Positions 33,829 through 42,763 of a stretch of DNA of 45,018 bases are shown here, one piece after another; within the stretch, counting starts at the first letter, position 1; every line of letters begins with the position of its first letter. Source of the DNA: Methanomassiliicoccales archaeon (GTDB taxonomy: Archaea; Thermoplasmatota; Thermoplasmata; GCA-020350865). The notes beneath the pieces were generated by a model. The model was not told where the DNA came from. It was given only the letters and a program-made list of their open reading frames with translations, and made no database searches. The translations under genes were made by a program, and so were the position numbers. The stretch spans positions 2,446,834-2,491,851 of the forward strand of contig CP070739.1 of the NCBI GenBank assembly GCA_020347705.1, given 5' to 3'.

Positions 33829-35958
33829 TTAATGAGTATCTTTTTCCTCATCGCCTTCGTTAATTTTGTTACCTTCCCCGGTCTTTTCACCCTCATTTTT
33901 CTTCTCAGTGTTTTCTTTCTCAGGTTCATTTTCTGATCCTTCATCATCGGATTTTTCTTCTGCTTCGGTCTTTTCGTGTTCATCGTCTTTTTCCACGGTC
34001 TTCTGCTTCTCTATTGGAGGTGCCCCAGGAGCGGGCTTTCTAGAGGCTTTTCTAGTAAATAGAATAACTACTATCAACAGTATAATAATTATAATCAAGG
34101 CGATCACTAGCCAGAACCAGTTTTGCTCGTAGATGGATTCAGGTTCTTCTTCAGGAACGGAATTATCGACGATTACATCCACCCTTAATTCAACTGAATA
34201 GTCCATTCCATCAAAAGAACGGACAAATATCTCATGTTCCCCATCGGATAGGGAGGTGGTATCCACTTCATAACTCCAAGGAGCGGTGCCTATGGCCCGA
34301 ATCCACTCACCATCATCTGTTTTAACCTCCACCCTCTCCACCATTCCATCGGAATCAAGAGCTGAGCCTGTGATCTCAGAGGTACCAGATATTATAGCAT
34401 CCGAGGCCGGGGCCGTAATATTGCAGCTCGGAGGATCATTTGTTTCGAGCATTGGGGGAGGTATGAAAGGACTCATCAAGGGATATCGGTCCTCTCCAGT
34501 TCCTGCTAAAATTTCATATGGAGTATCACCTATGCCATCGCCACCGTATTGGTCTTGGTTAGAACCGCTTTTTTTGTCCCCCCCGATATAATCATTCCAA
34601 TAGTTGCCGCCAGAAAGATATCCATTATCCCATTGATTGTTATCAATGGTATTGTCAAAGGCTTGATATCCGTTGTTTATTATATTATTGTGATAGATTT
34701 GATTGTTGTTGCTGAACTCCCAATTATAGATACCGTACTCATTATTCGAGGAAATTGTGTTGTTTGTAATTTTATTATACGTCGAAGAGAAGAGTTCTAT
34801 GCCGTCATCACCATTCTTCAGAAAATTGTTATTGGTGATGATGTTTTCATTGGAGGATTCGAATATTATGCCGTCATCGCTGTTTGAGGAGAGGATGTTA
34901 TCGGCCACCCTGAGGCCATCAGATTGAGAGATTTTAATGCCGCATTCTTCGTTGTCCAGGGCATTGTTGTTGGTGAAGATGATGTTATCAGACTGGTCTA
35001 TGCGATAACCGTCTTCGTTAGAGATGGCATCATTATTGATGATCGTGTTATCATCAGAGGACTCGAGATGGATACCATAATCGTTATCCAAGACACTATT
35101 ACCATCAATGACATTGTTACTGGAGCTAGAAATCTGGATGCCTTCTTCGTTGCTCGAGAGAATGTTTTTCTCAACCTTGTTGTTACCAGAATTATTTAGA
35201 TAAATTCCGTCATCATTGTTTAGTACGGTGTTATTTCCAACCCTGTTCCAATTTGAAGATTCCAGATTGATACCGTCACCATCATTGTGTGAGATGGTAT
35301 TGTGGTCAATGATATTGGTGTTTGATTTGGAAATCTGAATACCATAATCGTTTTCGAACATATTGTTGTTGCTGATGATATTTCCGTCCGAGTGCGTTAG
35401 GTAGATACCATCAGCGTCATTTGAGGAGATTTCATTGTTGGAGATCTCATTATTTCCAGATGAATAATGAAAGAAGATACCATAGAAATTGTTTGTGATG
35501 ATATTGTTTGCTACATAGCAGTCCTGTGTAATATGGAGTTCTACACCAGCATCGCCCCAATCGGAACCGCTATTTGTTATTGTGAAGCCTTTGATGGTAA
35601 CCGAATCCACAGTTACATGAACCACATCGCTGGTTTCATTTCCATCGATTATGGTGGTGTCTTTGTTTTCTCCGATTAAGGTTATAGATTTATTGATAGT
35701 GATATTTTCAAGGTAAGTTCCTTCGTATATGTATATTATATCCCCAGAGGTCGCATTATCTATTGCCTCTTGTATGCTCGTGTAATTTTGAGCGCCCAAT
35801 CCTCCCACATTAAGGGTAGCTCCACCAGCAGTCGATACTGGATTTCTATTTGCAGGTAAAAGTAATATAACTGTTGTGATTAAAAATATGCTCACTACTA
35901 TTGATAGACACCTTACACTGTGTGCTCTGATTGTGGTATTAAATCCTTTTTTTAGCAT
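33829..35958 (-). CDS. Right-handed parallel beta-helix (NosD/CASH, PbH1 repeat) surface protein with Ig-like domain, C-terminal TM and long acidic tail
   Basis: About 14 repeats of NxIxxNxxDGIxLxxSxxNxI are present. One Ig-like module (ITAPASDAIISGTSEITGSALDSDG...DGEHEIFVRSFDG) is of the same type as the repeats in the divergent giant gene. The TM WFWLVIALIIIIILLIVVILF is followed by a ~75-aa Lys/Glu/Asp tail. Confidence 0.8.
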   Translation of the reverse strand: MLKKGFNTTIRAHSVRCLSIVVSIFLITTVILLLPANRNPVSTAGGATLNVGGLGAQNYTSIQEAIDNATSGDIIYIYEGTYLENITINKSITLIGENKDTTIIDGNETSDVVHVTVDSVTIKGFTITNSGSDWGDAGVELHITQDCYVANNIITNNFYGIFFHYSSGNNEISNNEISSNDADGIYLTHSDGNIISNNNMFENDYGIQISKSNTNIIDHNTISHNDGDGINLESSNWNRVGNNTVLNNDDGIYLNNSGNNKVEKNILSSNEEGIQISSSSNNVIDGNSVLDNDYGIHLESSDDNTIINNDAISNEDGYRIDQSDNIIFTNNNALDNEECGIKISQSDGLRVADNILSSNSDDGIIFESSNENIITNNNFLKNGDDGIELFSSTYNKITNNTISSNNEYGIYNWEFSNNNQIYHNNIINNGYQAFDNTIDNNQWDNGYLSGGNYWNDYIGGDKKSGSNQDQYGGDGIGDTPYEILAGTGEDRYPLMSPFIPPPMLETNDPPSCNITAPASDAIISGTSEITGSALDSDGMVERVEVKTDDGEWIRAIGTAPWSYEVDTTSLSDGEHEIFVRSFDGMDYSVELRVDVIVDNSVPEEEPESIYEQNWFWLVIALIIIIILLIVVILFTRKASRKPAPGAPPIEKQKTVEKDDEHEKTEAEEKSDDEGSENEPEKENTEKKNEGEKTGEGNKINEGDEEKDTH

Positions 35959-36236
35959 TTTTATGCCTCCCCCAGTTTTTTATTGTATTGCCTAAATAAC
36001 TTGGTTTTTTGGATTGTATTAGGGTTTTATAAAGGTTTCGAGCCTTAAAAGAAGGAGTTTTAACCTATGTATAGATACTACTTAGGATTTAGATTAAAGC
36101 ATTCAGGTGTGGGATTTTTAGTCTATTACTTACACTTGTTCTTTGCTCAAAATACTAAAAGGTGACTAATATATACCGTCATTTTAACTTATAGAAGCAA
36201 AAAAACTTAATATCAATAAAACCCTGTTCCAAAGGA

Positions 36237-36251
36237 TTTATATAAATATAA
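36237..36251 (+). promoter_or_regulatory. TATA-like box abutting the giant ORF
   Basis: TTTATATAAATATAA. If this box is used, transcription would start near 36270 and the real start codon would be GTG 36297 rather than GTG 36252. Confidence 0.3.
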
Positions 36252-39200
36252 GTGGGTGTTGTAAATTGGGTGATACTTGTGTCATACCATAAAAAAGTGG
36301 GCATTAAATCAGAATTTTTAAGAAAACCGTGGACGAGTTTGATAGGATATTTTATACTGCTATCACTCATTATTTCTGCAGTTTTGGTGATTCCGGTACC
36401 AGTTGCTGCAAACAACCCACCCGGTATCGCGATTGTTGAACCTGATCATGGGGCGACGGTTAGTGGAGTTGTGGTGGTCTGGATGGTGGCCTGGGACCCT
36501 GACGGGAATGATGAAATCCAGGAAGTGTGGGTCAAGATCGATGGTGGAGAGCTACTTAATGCAACCTATAATCACACCGATGCCGAGGGCCAGTGGTGGT
36601 ACTACGAATGGGACACCACAGAAGTTGAGGACGGATGGCATCATATCACGGGCATCACGTTTGACGGCATTGATGACGCTCTTGATATAATAGAGGTTTA
36701 TGTTGATAATGTTCCGGACAACAATCCACCAGGTATCGATATCGTCGAGCCTGGAGGAGGAGAAACAGTGAGTGGGGTTGTTGTAGTTTGGATGGTGGCC
36801 TGGGATCCAGATGGGAATGATCAGATAGAGGAAGTATGGGTCAGGATCGATAATGGAGAACTCCGTAATGCTACCTATAACCATACCGATGGTGAGGGCC
36901 AGTGGTGGTACTACGAATGGGATACAACAGAGGTGGAGGATGGATGGCATACAATTAAGGCCATCACGTTCGACGGTGTCGATGACGCTCATGATTTAAT
37001 AGAGGTCTTTGTGGACAATGAGCCGGATAACAGCCCGCCTGGTATCGCGATTGTAGAGCCTGATCATGGGGCGACGGTTAGCGGAGTGGTCGTAATCTGG
37101 ATGGTTGCTTGGGATTCGGACGGGAATGATCAGATACAGGAAGTATGGGTCAGGATCGATGGCGGAGAGCTACTCAATGCAACCTATAACCATACCGATG
37201 GTGAGGGCCAATGGTGGTATTACGAATGGGACACCACGGAGGTAGAGGACGGATGGCATGATATCACGGGCATCACATTCGACGGCATCGATGATGCGCA
37301 TGACGTAATAGAGGTCTTGGTGGACAATGAGCCGGACAACAATCCCCCACACGTGGAGATAATGGAACCCGAACAAGGGGCAACGGTAAGCGGTGTTGTG
37401 GAAGTGTGGATACGTGCCTGGGATGCTGATGGTCCCGATGACATAGAGGCCGTGTTCGTGAAGATCGATAACGGTAATTGGAACTCGGCCACATTCGTAG
37501 AAATCGAAGGTGAATACTCATGGTGGGTGTGGGAATGGGATACTACAGAGGTTGAAGACGGTGAGCATCACATCTACGCCAGGGGTTGGGACGGTGAGGA
37601 TCACTCTGAGGATGATGTAATATGGGTTATCGTGGACAATGAGCCGGACAACAATCCACCCGGCATCGCGATCGTTGAGCCAGAAGATGGAGCGACTGTT
37701 AATGGAATAATCGTTATCTGGATGGTTGCTTGGGATCCAGATGGTAATGACCAGATAGAGGAAGTGTGGGTCAGAATCGATAATGGAGAACTGCGTAATG
37801 CAACCTATAACCATACCAATGGTGAGGGCCAGTGGTGGTACTACGAATGGGACACCACAGAAGTGGAGGACGGATGGCATTTAATAAAGGCCATCACATT
37901 CGACGGTATTGACGATGCTCATGATGCAATTGAGGTCTTTGTTGATAACATTCCAGAAAACAACCCCCCCGGTATCGCGATCGTTGAGCCGGAAGATGGA
38001 GCGACGGTTAGTGGAATAATCGTTATCTGGATGGTTGCCTGGGATCCAGATGGGAATGATCAGATAGAGGAAGTGTGGGTAAGAATCGACAATGGAGAGC
38101 TTCGAAATGCAACCTATAACCATACCAATGGCGAGGGACAATGGTGGTATTACGAATGGGATACTACAGAGGTGGAGGACGGATGGCATTTAATCAAAGC
38201 CATCACTTACGACGGTGTCGATGACGCTCATGATGCAATAGAGGTTTTTGTGGACAATGAGCCTGACAATAATCCACCGCACGTTGAGATCATGGAACCC
38301 GAACAAGGGGCAACGGTAAGCGGTGTTGTGGAAGTGTGGATACGTGCCTGGGATGCGGATGGTCTCGATGACATAGAGGCCGTGTTCGTGAAGATCGATA
38401 ACGGTGATTGGTACGAGGCCAACTTCGTAGAAATCGAAGGTGATTACTCATGGTGGGTGTGGGAGTGGGACACAACAGAGGTTGAGGACGGTGAGCATCA
38501 CATCTACGCCAGGGCATGGGACGGTGAAGACCATTCCGAGGACGATGTGATATGGGTCATAGTGGACAATGAGCCAGACAACAATGCACCGGGCATCGCG
38601 ATCGTAGAACCTGATCATGGCGCAACGGTTAGCGGAGTTGTCGTAGTCTGGATGGTTGCTTGGGACCCTGACGGCAACGATGAGATCCAGGAAGTGTGGG
38701 TCAGGATCGATAATGGAGAGCTACGAAATGCAACCTATAATCACACCGATGCCGAGGGCCAGTGGTGGTACTACGAATGGGATACCACAGAGGTTGAAGA
38801 TGGATGGCATTCAATCAAGGCCACCTGCTTCGACGGCATCGATGATGGGCATGATATAATAGAAGTCTTTGTGGACAATGTTCCGGACAACAGCCCACCG
38901 CATGTGGAGATAATGGAACCCGAACATGGGGCAACGGTCAGCGGTGTTGTGGAGGTGTGGATACGTGCCTGGGATGCGGATGGTCTCGATGACATCGAAG
39001 CCGTGTTCGTGAAGGTCGACAACGGTGAATGGCATCAAGCTACCTTCGTAGAAATAGAAGGCGATTACTCATGGTGGGTGTGGGAATGGGATACCACAGA
39101 GGTTGAAGATGGCGAGCATCATATCTTCGCCAGGGCCTGCGACGGTGAAGAACACTCCGAGGACGATGTGATAGGGGTCATCGTGGATAACGTTCCAGAG

Positions 39201-40988
39201 AACAATGCACCCGGTATCGAAATAGTGGAGCCAGATGATGGTGAAACGGTGAGCGGTGTAATCGAAATCTGGATGGTGGCTTGGGACCCGGATGGCAACG
39301 ATGAAATCGAAAACGTTTGGGTAAAGATCGATAATGGTAATTGGCATGAGGCCACCTTCGTTGAGATAGACTCTGAAGGCTCCTGGTGGGTGTTCGAGTG
39401 GGATACCACCACCGTTGAAAACGGCTGGCATCATGTCTATGCCAAGACGACAGACGGCGAGCTGTGGGCGGACGATGTGATCGAAGTCTTTGTATATAAC
39501 CTAATAGATAATCATCCTCCATACATCGAAATCATGGAGCCTGGAAATGGTGAGACCGTTTCAGGAGTCATCGAGATATGGATGGTGGCATGGGATGCGG
39601 ACGGACTTGACGATATCGAAAATGTATGGGTAAAAATCGATGACGGACCACCTGCTGAAGCGATCTTTCATCACATTGATGGGTTAGGTTCATGGTGGGT
39701 GCTTGAGTGGGATACCACCACCGTTGAGGATGGTTGGCATCATATAACGGCCATAGTTTATGATGGTATCGATGACGGGCACGATGTCATAGAGGTGAAG
39801 GTTGACAACGACCAAACTGAGAACAGCCCACCGCAAGTTGAGATAGTGGAACCGGAACAAGGGGATACTGTAAGTGGTGTTGTGGAAGTTTGGCTCCGCG
39901 CATGGGATGCCGACGGAAAAGAGGATGTGGAGGCGGTGTTCGTGAAGATTGATGACGGTGAATGGCATGAGGCCACATTTGACGAATATGGAGGCGATTA
40001 CTCGTGGTGGGTGTGGGAGTGGGATACCACAACGGTTGAGGATGGTGAGCATCACATCTTTGCCAGGGCATGGGATGGTGAGGATCATTCTGAGGATGAT
40101 GTGATCGGGGTCATCGTGAAAAACGAGGGTGATGACGGAGGAGAAGGTGGAGGAGCTGGTGGCGGAGAAAGTGCAGGGGGGGATGGAGGAGAGAGTGAGG
40201 GCGGTTCCGGCTCATCCGAACCAGATGGCGGTTCCCCTGACGATGGCGGAGAGAGCGGCGGAGAAAGTGGTGGAGAAAGTGGTGGAGAGAGTGAGGGTGG
40301 AACAGGAACAACCGGATCAATCGGAGGCCCTGAGGAAAATAACGACGGCACCGGAGAATCAGCTTCGGATTCTGAGGCATCGTTGGATAATGATAAGGTG
40401 TCAATTAGGGATTCCGACTCAACGCAGCAATTTAACTGGATATATGTAATCATATCTCTTACCGCTGTAAGCGCTTTGGTGGCATTTTCCGTGGCTGCAG
40501 GGACTGAGGTAGGCACATTTGCACTCCTCAGTTTAATAATTCTACCGCTGTATACGAAGCTCAGTAAAAAGGAAATCCTCGATCAATTCGTTAGAGGCCA
40601 GATATTCGGATATATTAAGGTCAATCCCGGAGATAATTATACCACCATTAAAAAGAACCTGGACCTGAATAACGGAACCCTGACATATCATCTTAATGTT
40701 CTGGAGCGCGAGGGGTTAATCAAATCGTGGAACAATGGAAGCCACAAGTATTTCTATCCAAAAGGTGTAAATATTCCGGGTAACGGGGTGAAGAATCCAA
40801 GTATCCATGATGCAATTCTGAAGAGCATCAAGGATAGCCCGGGAATATCTGTCAAGGACATAGCAGCAGTTTGTGGCATTTCCCGCCAGCTAGCGAATTA
40901 TCATGTAAGAAAACTGGCTGCTTCCGGTTCAATCGCGCTGGAAAGAGGACCATTATCCAAGGTCTGCTTCCCAATAAACGTTGATTAG
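36252..40988 (+). CDS. Giant membrane protein: signal/anchor + 12 Ig-like repeats + acidic Gly/Glu/Ser linker + hydrophobic segment + tandem winged-helix (ArsR/MarR-like) module
   Basis: This is a single open frame of 1578 codons; GTG 36297 is an alternative start. The repeats fit the Big_7-like pattern IxxPxxGxTVSGxVxVxxxAxDxDG...V.VxIDxG.W..A......W.x.WDTTxVxDGxHxI. The C-terminus contains NPGDNYTTIKKNLDLNNGTLTYHLNVLEREGLIKS and SPGISVKDIAAVCGISRQLANYHVRKLAASGSIAL. Confidence 0.85.
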   Translation: MGVVNWVILVSYHKKVGIKSEFLRKPWTSLIGYFILLSLIISAVLVIPVPVAANNPPGIAIVEPDHGATVSGVVVVWMVAWDPDGNDEIQEVWVKIDGGELLNATYNHTDAEGQWWYYEWDTTEVEDGWHHITGITFDGIDDALDIIEVYVDNVPDNNPPGIDIVEPGGGETVSGVVVVWMVAWDPDGNDQIEEVWVRIDNGELRNATYNHTDGEGQWWYYEWDTTEVEDGWHTIKAITFDGVDDAHDLIEVFVDNEPDNSPPGIAIVEPDHGATVSGVVVIWMVAWDSDGNDQIQEVWVRIDGGELLNATYNHTDGEGQWWYYEWDTTEVEDGWHDITGITFDGIDDAHDVIEVLVDNEPDNNPPHVEIMEPEQGATVSGVVEVWIRAWDADGPDDIEAVFVKIDNGNWNSATFVEIEGEYSWWVWEWDTTEVEDGEHHIYARGWDGEDHSEDDVIWVIVDNEPDNNPPGIAIVEPEDGATVNGIIVIWMVAWDPDGNDQIEEVWVRIDNGELRNATYNHTNGEGQWWYYEWDTTEVEDGWHLIKAITFDGIDDAHDAIEVFVDNIPENNPPGIAIVEPEDGATVSGIIVIWMVAWDPDGNDQIEEVWVRIDNGELRNATYNHTNGEGQWWYYEWDTTEVEDGWHLIKAITYDGVDDAHDAIEVFVDNEPDNNPPHVEIMEPEQGATVSGVVEVWIRAWDADGLDDIEAVFVKIDNGDWYEANFVEIEGDYSWWVWEWDTTEVEDGEHHIYARAWDGEDHSEDDVIWVIVDNEPDNNAPGIAIVEPDHGATVSGVVVVWMVAWDPDGNDEIQEVWVRIDNGELRNATYNHTDAEGQWWYYEWDTTEVEDGWHSIKATCFDGIDDGHDIIEVFVDNVPDNSPPHVEIMEPEHGATVSGVVEVWIRAWDADGLDDIEAVFVKVDNGEWHQATFVEIEGDYSWWVWEWDTTEVEDGEHHIFARACDGEEHSEDDVIGVIVDNVPENNAPGIEIVEPDDGETVSGVIEIWMVAWDPDGNDEIENVWVKIDNGNWHEATFVEIDSEGSWWVFEWDTTTVENGWHHVYAKTTDGELWADDVIEVFVYNLIDNHPPYIEIMEPGNGETVSGVIEIWMVAWDADGLDDIENVWVKIDDGPPAEAIFHHIDGLGSWWVLEWDTTTVEDGWHHITAIVYDGIDDGHDVIEVKVDNDQTENSPPQVEIVEPEQGDTVSGVVEVWLRAWDADGKEDVEAVFVKIDDGEWHEATFDEYGGDYSWWVWEWDTTTVEDGEHHIFARAWDGEDHSEDDVIGVIVKNEGDDGGEGGGAGGGESAGGDGGESEGGSGSSEPDGGSPDDGGESGGESGGESGGESEGGTGTTGSIGGPEENNDGTGESASDSEASLDNDKVSIRDSDSTQQFNWIYVIISLTAVSALVAFSVAAGTEVGTFALLSLIILPLYTKLSKKEILDQFVRGQIFGYIKVNPGDNYTTIKKNLDLNNGTLTYHLNVLEREGLIKSWNNGSHKYFYPKGVNIPGNGVKNPSIHDAILKSIKDSPGISVKDIAAVCGISRQLANYHVRKLAASGSIALERGPLSKVCFPINVD
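36411..40122 (+). repeat. Tandem coding repeat array: 12 units of 309 or 312 bp, two interleaved subtypes
   Basis: I verified unit starts codon by codon at 36411, 36720, 37029, 37338, 37650, 37959, 38268, 38580, 38889, 39201, 39510 and 39822. Each begins AAC/AAT (Asn) followed by N/S/H-P/A-P. Confidence 0.95.
40578..40985 (+). other. Tandem winged helix-turn-helix module (C-terminal ~135 aa of the giant ORF)
   Basis: LDQFVRGQIFGYIKVNPGDNYTTIKKNLDLNNGTLTYHLNVLEREGLIKSWNNGSHKYFYP, then IHDAILKSIKDSPGISVKDIAAVCGISRQLANYHVRKLAASGSIALERGPLSKVCF. Both show the helix-turn-recognition helix-wing spacing of ArsR/MarR-type wHTH domains. Confidence 0.6.
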
Positions 40989-41067
40989 AATTGCTCTGTT
41001 TGGCAGCAATTTCGCAGATTCTTTATTAGACCTTTAATTCAATCAATGGATATTCCTTTTTGACACC

Positions 41068-41805
41068 TTATTCGCTCTCGATTCTCGGGGCGAGAAGGTA
41101 CTTAACATGTCCGTTTCCTTCTGCGATATCGAATTCCAAATTGATGGGATAATCGGTTCCAATATACATGGTAACCTCAGGAGTGCTCCCGATGGCCTTG
41201 ACCATGGTTGAGAAGTAGTCTAAAGAAAACAGACTTTTTTGATTTTCCTTGCAGTCCAACTCCTTCAATAATGCTTTTGGTAGCTTCAGGTTTACAGAGT
41301 CGGTATCCCCCTCAGATACCATCTCGAAACTGTCCGAGGATGCGATGAGGGCCACATGATCCGATACTGCCTCTGCGGCCCTAAGGCCTCTTCTGAGTTC
41401 ATTTGTATTGACTATCAATTTTGCAGGAAGGTTCAGATTTGGAACCTTAGGATCGGACATACCTGCTGTGTCCACCAAGGCCATTCTTCTCGTGATATTT
41501 CCAACATCAAGTATCAACTTGTTCTTATCCTCGTCATGCTCTAAGTCTAAGATATCCCCCGCTCCCGCCAGCTTCAGTACATCTTTCAACTTATCTATAT
41601 CAATGCCTAACTCACACTCTTTGGCCTTGAACTCCTCAAACCCCTTCTTCTGAAGGGCCAAGTCTAGCATGGCCACGTGTGCAGGATCAACGGCTCTTAA
41701 ACTGACTCCGTCCGAAGTGATATTGAACTTCGCTTCGTCAACAAGCGCCGATATAACATCCACAACTTCTTTTAATGTCTCTGCCTTGATTTTAGCTTTA
41801 AACAT
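41068..41805 (-). CDS. pcn: DNA polymerase sliding clamp (PCNA)
   Basis: MFKAKIKAETLKEVVDVISALVDEAKFNITSDGVSLRAVDPAHVAMLDL is typical archaeal PCNA. ATG 41805 is preceded by GGGGGAG. Confidence 0.93.
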   Translation of the reverse strand: MFKAKIKAETLKEVVDVISALVDEAKFNITSDGVSLRAVDPAHVAMLDLALQKKGFEEFKAKECELGIDIDKLKDVLKLAGAGDILDLEHDEDKNKLILDVGNITRRMALVDTAGMSDPKVPNLNLPAKLIVNTNELRRGLRAAEAVSDHVALIASSDSFEMVSEGDTDSVNLKLPKALLKELDCKENQKSLFSLDYFSTMVKAIGSTPEVTMYIGTDYPINLEFDIAEGNGHVKYLLAPRIESE

Positions 41806-42041
41806 ACCAATCTCCCCCAATGTCTTATAGGGTAATCATGTCGAAGATTATAAATCTTTTTAATGGAATTTTCAAACAACGATATGAATGATAACAGGAA
41901 GAACATATAGAAAAAAAAATAATTGAAACACAAAAGTTATAAGAGCGCTTAGTGATATGTAATACGGAAGAAGGGGACAAAGTGTTTGGCTATAGAATAC
42001 CTATGTTGCCAAGAAACCTGCATCCAAGGAGGCAAAAATAA

Positions 42042-42722
42042 ATGGCTACAATGAGAAGGGAGACAGGGATAGCAGGATTGGATAAGCTTGTTATGGGCGG
42101 ATTTCCGGTTCCAGCTACAGTTATGATCGGGGGGGAGCCAGGTACAGGAAAAACGACTATTGCGGTCCAGAGTCTATTTTACGGTGCAAAAAAAGGTGAG
42201 ATAGGTATATATATTACCGGGATCTCAGAACCGAGATGGGTTGTTCAGAAGTTTTTATCCGAATTTACTTTCTATGATGAAACGGTAATTGAAAAGGAGA
42301 ATATTGTATTCAAGGAGATCAGATCGGAACTCTTCAAGGAACCTGAGAAAATTATCTATAAAATCGAGGAGCTCGTTGAAAAGTACGAACCGCAGAGGCT
42401 TGTTATAGACCCTATCACACCCATTAAGCTGTCGCTAAAAAAAACAGGGAGAATAAGGGAATTTTTCCATGAACTTTTTGAGTTTCTAAAGGGTTTCAAC
42501 TGTTCAACCATCGTGACGGCAGAAATGTCCTACGACGAAATCCCAAAAAGTATCGAGGGATACATGGTTGACGGCATAATTATGCTCTCATATCCTATTG
42601 AGAAGGATGTGAGGCGCAAGTTCCTGGAAATATTGAAGATGCGGGGCACCAAACACGCCACTGGCAAACATCTGTTGGACATAACCTTGGAAGGTGTGGA
42701 GGTTCATGCGGGATTAAGGTGA
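42042..42722 (+). CDS. KaiC/RadA-like single-domain RecA-superfamily ATPase (COG0467-like)
   Basis: GIAGLDKLVMGGFP, Walker A GEPGTGKT, Walker B RLVIDPI and LKMRGTKH are present. AAGGAGG lies upstream. Confidence 0.8.
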   Translation: MATMRRETGIAGLDKLVMGGFPVPATVMIGGEPGTGKTTIAVQSLFYGAKKGEIGIYITGISEPRWVVQKFLSEFTFYDETVIEKENIVFKEIRSELFKEPEKIIYKIEELVEKYEPQRLVIDPITPIKLSLKKTGRIREFFHELFEFLKGFNCSTIVTAEMSYDEIPKSIEGYMVDGIIMLSYPIEKDVRRKFLEILKMRGTKHATGKHLLDITLEGVEVHAGLR

Positions 42723-42763
42723 GCCCTCGTAAAAAAGAATCCCCGAGAGGTGGTTTTAGGGAA

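Noticed and set aside
36411-40122. Possibility that the regular repeats are a CRISPR array or a satellite
   Set aside because: The units are ~310 bp, contiguous without spacers, in-frame, and encode a recognisable Ig-like fold. No short direct repeat/spacer architecture exists anywhere in the window.
36403-40516. About 20 ORFs of 64-146 aa, mostly on the minus strand and a few in alternative plus-strand frames, tiled across the giant repeat gene
   Set aside because: They recur with the 309/312-bp period. Their translations are low-complexity (Pro/Ser/His/Arg-rich) and they lie antisense or out of frame to a strongly supported coding frame. They are echoes of the repeat, not genes.
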